Part shown: positions 59,015-64,000 of the stretch, one piece after another
How the letters are laid out: every line of letters starts with the position of its first letter
Position numbering within the stretch: position 1 is the stretch's first letter
Source: a virus
Virus record (IMG/VR): IMGVR_UViG_3300023174_000077
Location: 32,001-96,000 of that record
Length of the DNA: 64,000 nucleotides
Strand: one strand, 5' to 3'
The notes under the pieces: generated by a model
Databases searched by the model: none
Seen by the model: the letters and a program-made list of their open reading frames with translations, nothing else
What the model was told of the DNA's origin: nothing
Translations under genes and position numbers: made by a program

Positions 59015-62000
59015 ATGAATAATTTGATATGGTTTAACAAAGAAGGCGATGCTTTAAATATACCAAAAGATCCAACTACCGGTGTTTATACCGGAACATT
59101 ATTTTTTGATGAAAATAGTTCTGATACCTATAAAACAATTGGTTTATATCTATTCGAATCTGTTCCTACGATTGATTTGCAATCAATAAGTGGTGATTTA
59201 ACTACCGAAAAATTTCAATTATTCAATGAAAATCGTTTCACTATTACAGGTAATTCTTATTTTACTCAAAGTGTGACTGAAATAAAAACATCAAATCAAC
59301 GTCCAGATTTTTATTCAAAATGGATTTATGGAGAAAATTTTGACACAAAATTTCCAGTTGGTTCTTCTATTGTATTCAATTCAAGTATATTTGAATTTAC
59401 TAATCCATTACAAACTTATACCGTAACAAGTGTTCAAAAAAATGCTATTATGGTTGTAACACCAACAGATAATAGAACATTCAATTTATTATATTCAGGT
59501 TTAACTTTTTCAGACATTACGATAAGTGGTGTTAATTCAATTGGTATTTATGATTATAGAAGAGGTTTTATAGACGAATTATCATCTTGGAATGAACCTA
59601 AGTTTTATAATGAAGTCTATAATGGTAAAAAATTAACTATAATAAATGCTACATCAAGTTCAAACGCTACTATAAAAAGTAGTGCAGCAAATTATGTAGT
59701 AACTATACAAAATAGCGATTTGCTTGATAGAAAATACTGGAAATATAACATTAATAATTTATCATATACACAATCACAAGATTTATTAGTTACATTAACT
59801 TTGACAGGTGATTTACCAGCAGTATATACTGGTGGATTAAATATAAATGGTAAAAATATTTATTTTACAAACCCAATTCCTCAAAGTGTTTTTAAACCTG
59901 GAACACAATTTACGATAGCTGATAGTGTTTCAAATACGAATGAAATTACGGTTGATGTTATACAACCATTTATTACAAGTAATAAATTGAAATATTATGC
60001 AACACAATCACAAGTTATTTGGAATAATTTAATTTATGAGTGTTTACAATCTTATACATGGACAGCCACATCAAGTATAACACCTGATGTAGGTGATTAT
60101 TGGACAAGTTCAATTTCTTATTTACCTTCGCAAAATAATTTAACAACAGAAACTATATTAAATACGACAATTCATTTGGTTTCAAATAAATTTAATTTTA
60201 CACAGGTATATACTCAAAGTAATTCTGTAACTATGGCATCATTTGCTGATAGTTATGCTGATTTCTTTAATTTATTTAATATAGATTTATATTATGAAAA
60301 TAATTCATTAAATGCAGATTTAATTTGGAGTTCTAACTATGCTTCTGTTGATTATAGTTTAGGTTTAAATTCAATAACAAATACAGAAATAGTATCGGAA
60401 TTTTTAATTTCAACAGAAGATATATTGGCACCTCAAATAAATTTAAATACTTCGGAAAATTTTAATTATTCAATTGTAATTACTGATATTGATGATTTTG
60501 GTATTAAATTTAATATAAACGGTCAAATTTATTCTGAAAGTGTTGATTACATTTATAATGGTTTAAATATAGATCAAAGAAAAACTATTGATAGAAGTTT
60601 AAGAAATTTTGTATTCAATAACTTTGCTCGTTTAGCAACATTAGGTATAAATGTTGTGTTAGAAACAAGTAGTTATACATCTGAATTTGATTTTTATAGA
60701 GATACTATTTCATTTCAAACAGTTTATCCAAATGTCCCATTTAAAATATCGGTTCAAATGGGTTCATTAGCTGCTTATTATGTTAAAAATAAAGAGATAT
60801 ATTTTAATGATTTAGGAAATTATTTAACTATAACTATCAATAATAAAACATATGCGCAAGCAATTTCCTCCGCAACTACAAGTTATTTTAGTCCAGATAT
60901 TTCTACTTCAATTAGTAATTGGGTAAAAAATTATGCAACTATTTTACGAGGTTATGGTATTTATGCTTCTAATATAAGAAATATATTATTTTTAAATACA
61001 GTAGATGCAACAACATTAAATCTTTCAATAAAAACAAATAAATCTGCTACACCAGGTATTGATCAATGGATAATTAAAGATTTTACTTATGGTAATTTTG
61101 GAATGTTAATTGCTGGCAATCAAGTTGTTTTATCTGCAACCAGCAGTCAAAGTTTTGAAACTTCTGGATTTGCTACAGGTATGATTATGTCTATTAATAA
61201 TACTCAATTTCCTTATAATAATCAAGAATATAATTTATTATATGTTGACTCTAATCAATTAGGTTTAAGTTATCAAGGTCCATTTTTCCAAGAAGAATTA
61301 AATGAGTGTACTTTATCTGCTTTTACAACATTAGCATTTTCGCCATTAGCTTATGAAGTCGAAGATTGTATAGCCTCAACCGAATCTGGTAGTGGGGGTT
61401 CATATAACCCAAATGAATATAGCAATAGTTTTGATATTAGTTATATCGCACCAAATACATATGATTTATTTACTTATGATAGCAATAATAGTAATTTAAA
61501 AGATTTATTATATTTACCAAATTATGATGCAATTTTTACAGGTGGAACTACTATAACAAATATAGGTGCAACTGATTTATTATTTAATAATAGTATAAGT
61601 ATTCCCACTTCTGGTGTGAAAAAATTAGTTTATAATAATTTTAACAATTATATTTATGCTGTTACAAATACGAATATTTTAATAATTGATCCAGCATCCA
61701 ATACATATATAGCTACTATGGCTATATCACCATTTGATATATTAATTAATCAAACAAACGGTGATGTTTATATAACAGATGGTTCAACATCATTAACAAT
61801 ATTTTATTATAATAATTTTACAACAACACCTAATTATACATTAAGTTTAAGTGGCGCTGGTAAGATGGAATATAATTTAATTGATAATTATGTTTACGTA
61901 ATTGGCAATTCATTATATCAAATTAATACTCAATATAGAACTTTACAATCAACTATAACTATTAATAATCCAGATAATCGTTATATTTTTACAGAACCAA

Positions 62001-64000
62001 TTTATGGTTCAATATATATTTGGGGTGATACAACTGCTGGAACAAGTAATACTTTCTATAAATATACTGCTGGTGTTATTACTTCTATTAGTATAACTAA
62101 TACTGATGATAATAAATTATTATATGATAATTTTACAGGTGATTTATATTTAAATCAACAATCGGGAAATAAATTTAGTAGAATAACTTCTGATAATATA
62201 ATAGTTTGGTCACAGGTAACAGATTATGGAGATTTTGTCATTAGTCAATATGATGCTGATATTTATTTAATTTCTAACTCTGGGACATTATATGTTATAG
62301 ATCCTGAAACTGGTTATATAAAATATAATAATAATTTAAGTCCTTTGGGAGTTACATCTTATAAAATTATTTATGATCAAAAGAGAGAATCTATTATAGT
62401 TGGTGAATATAACGGAAAATTAGTAGAAATACAAGTAACAATTAATTCAGAGATAACAATTTCGTCGACACATTCTACTGTTTCTTCTGTTGGTGATGCT
62501 TATTATGGTACATTAGATTCTTCATATCAACCGATGTCTGGTTTATGGGTAAAAACACGAGAGTATTTAAGAGGACCTCGTTATAATTATAGCGATTCTA
62601 ATGAAAAACAAGCACAATTTGTTTATAAATTTATTGATGATCAAACACCTGAAATTTTTATGTATGATATTTCGGGAAATCAATTATCAACTGGAACTTC
62701 ATTTTCATACATAGGTCCAAAACCTTTAGAGAATGCTGTGTTAAATAGTTCTCCTAATTTAGATTTAAATAGAATAAGTGACCCTACTGCACAACAAACT
62801 ATATTTGAGGAAATTAATTATACATTAGATTATTTAGATTCAAATAATGGTATATCAATTTTTCCAACACCGTTAGAATTATTTTTAGGCTATAATACTA
62901 TTTATGAAGGCTATAATTCTACAACATTAAAAATGTATATGAGATGGAATGTATCATTAACTATGTCATACAATTCAGCATATAATAATGATATAACATT
63001 TACAGATAAAGGAACATCTTCTGTATATCCAAATGGTTATGGTTATATAACATTAAATACAAATTCAACTAAATCATTTCTTTATTATGATGATATGAGT
63101 GTAACTGGATTACAAGCAGGACAAACTATTAAATTAATAGTTACAGATATAACTAATTTAAATAATAAATATTTATCATATAATAATGGACAAGAATTTT
63201 TAATTGATGCAATTTCAAATAATCAAATTGTGGTTAAATATATGACCACAAGTCATGGATTTGTATCAAGTTTAACAAATGAAAATACTATTATATCAAA
63301 TTATCCGGAAATAGGTAGTAATACATATCTTCAAATAGTTTTTCAAACTATAGATAAAGAAGTTGCTTCAATTAATTTATATGGACAGACTGAAATAGAA
63401 GATGTTAGGTATGCTGTTGAATTATATAATTCAGGTGGGCATGTTGTGAACCCAGAGGATGCATTTATTTTTAAAACATATGATATAAATGAAGGTGGTG
63501 TTGATTGGAAATTCTTAAATAATAAAAGAAAAGAAATGCTTATTGTAAGAGATCAAATTTTTCCTTATGTGGGTTCATATAAAGCAATTATAAATGCAAT
63601 TAATTATTTTGGTTATAATGATTTAGTATTATATGAATATTATAGAAATATAGATTTAAATTCGCCAGATTTTTATAAATTATTTAAGGTTGAGATTCCA
63701 GATATATTTGATAATAGTGTAAAAGGTTGGACAACATATGATTATTTGTCATCTACGATGCCAAATCCTAATTTTGAAGAAACTAATTTATTTAATTTAA
63801 GTTATAGAATTACTGATAAACAAGGAAATTGGGTATTACTTTACTCTTTACAAGAAGTAATAATAAAATTACAAGGACTAAAAAATTGGTTAGAAACACA
63901 TGTTATACCTATTCAATTTAGAATTTTAGATATATCTGGTAGAGCTGATTTTCCTGCACCAAATTATATAGTTCATAAATCTTTTTCAAGGAAAAGTTAT
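59015..64000 (+). CDS. very large baseplate-wedge-like virion protein (partial, runs off window edge)
   Basis: ATG 59015 after TTAATATATA, MNNLIWFNKEGD...; YVGSYKAIINAINYFGY near the window end; presumably omitted from the track because no stop is reached. Confidence 0.7.
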   Translation, partial: MNNLIWFNKEGDALNIPKDPTTGVYTGTLFFDENSSDTYKTIGLYLFESVPTIDLQSISGDLTTEKFQLFNENRFTITGNSYFTQSVTEIKTSNQRPDFYSKWIYGENFDTKFPVGSSIVFNSSIFEFTNPLQTYTVTSVQKNAIMVVTPTDNRTFNLLYSGLTFSDITISGVNSIGIYDYRRGFIDELSSWNEPKFYNEVYNGKKLTIINATSSSNATIKSSAANYVVTIQNSDLLDRKYWKYNINNLSYTQSQDLLVTLTLTGDLPAVYTGGLNINGKNIYFTNPIPQSVFKPGTQFTIADSVSNTNEITVDVIQPFITSNKLKYYATQSQVIWNNLIYECLQSYTWTATSSITPDVGDYWTSSISYLPSQNNLTTETILNTTIHLVSNKFNFTQVYTQSNSVTMASFADSYADFFNLFNIDLYYENNSLNADLIWSSNYASVDYSLGLNSITNTEIVSEFLISTEDILAPQINLNTSENFNYSIVITDIDDFGIKFNINGQIYSESVDYIYNGLNIDQRKTIDRSLRNFVFNNFARLATLGINVVLETSSYTSEFDFYRDTISFQTVYPNVPFKISVQMGSLAAYYVKNKEIYFNDLGNYLTITINNKTYAQAISSATTSYFSPDISTSISNWVKNYATILRGYGIYASNIRNILFLNTVDATTLNLSIKTNKSATPGIDQWIIKDFTYGNFGMLIAGNQVVLSATSSQSFETSGFATGMIMSINNTQFPYNNQEYNLLYVDSNQLGLSYQGPFFQEELNECTLSAFTTLAFSPLAYEVEDCIASTESGSGGSYNPNEYSNSFDISYIAPNTYDLFTYDSNNSNLKDLLYLPNYDAIFTGGTTITNIGATDLLFNNSISIPTSGVKKLVYNNFNNYIYAVTNTNILIIDPASNTYIATMAISPFDILINQTNGDVYITDGSTSLTIFYYNNFTTTPNYTLSLSGAGKMEYNLIDNYVYVIGNSLYQINTQYRTLQSTITINNPDNRYIFTEPIYGSIYIWGDTTAGTSNTFYKYTAGVITSISITNTDDNKLLYDNFTGDLYLNQQSGNKFSRITSDNIIVWSQVTDYGDFVISQYDADIYLISNSGTLYVIDPETGYIKYNNNLSPLGVTSYKIIYDQKRESIIVGEYNGKLVEIQVTINSEITISSTHSTVSSVGDAYYGTLDSSYQPMSGLWVKTREYLRGPRYNYSDSNEKQAQFVYKFIDDQTPEIFMYDISGNQLSTGTSFSYIGPKPLENAVLNSSPNLDLNRISDPTAQQTIFEEINYTLDYLDSNNGISIFPTPLELFLGYNTIYEGYNSTTLKMYMRWNVSLTMSYNSAYNNDITFTDKGTSSVYPNGYGYITLNTNSTKSFLYYDDMSVTGLQAGQTIKLIVTDITNLNNKYLSYNNGQEFLIDAISNNQIVVKYMTTSHGFVSSLTNENTIISNYPEIGSNTYLQIVFQTIDKEVASINLYGQTEIEDVRYAVELYNSGGHVVNPEDAFIFKTYDINEGGVDWKFLNNKRKEMLIVRDQIFPYVGSYKAIINAINYFGYNDLVLYEYYRNIDLNSPDFYKLFKVEIPDIFDNSVKGWTTYDYLSSTMPNPNFEETNLFNLSYRITDKQGNWVLLYSLQEVIIKLQGLKNWLETHVIPIQFRILDISGRADFPAPNYIVHKSFSRKSY

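Noticed and set aside
1-64000. Stop-codon reassignment (code 15 or 4)
   Set aside because: Genes are full length and densely packed in code 11; TAG (15330, 36707) and TGA (13300, 39094) end genes at plausible positions.
1-64000. tRNA genes, CRISPR arrays, IS elements, DGR
   Set aside because: No cloverleaf, regularly spaced repeats, transposase or reverse transcriptase was recognised by eye; a covariance search was not run.

Overview
A 64-kb segment of a very AT-rich, T4-like (myovirus-type) jumbo phage. The host is probably Bacteroidota: four TTTG-N18-20-TAnnTTTG promoters are present and Shine-Dalgarno motifs are not evident. The standard genetic code is used. The window has an accessory/metabolic block (M28-like peptidase, ASCH, HADs, divergent PurA, host-like ahcY, vWA, J-domain/pseudokinase), baseplate, tail and fibre genes, and replication/recombination genes (UvsW, primase, C-terminal half of a split family-B polymerase, probable clamp, gp47). 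It also has ClpP, a nitrilase and two intact GIY-YIG endonucleases. Main signals: (1) polymerase motif B (QLAL/KLVLNGSYG) is interrupted by a 43-nt non-coding gap containing a stop codon and a strong hairpin, beside a GIY-YIG gene, which suggests T4 gene 60-like translational bypassing. (2) ahcY sits inside a decayed GIY-YIG gene bounded by a 44-bp duplication. (3) Several mini-genes look like isolated fragments of the major capsid and portal proteins, some fused to a shared NRDxKIDxIL motif. (4) A perfect 54-bp palindrome spans two divergent start codons. (5) A set of proteins, including ART-like ones, carries capsid-targeting-like N-termini. All product calls come from motif recognition by eye; no database searches were run.
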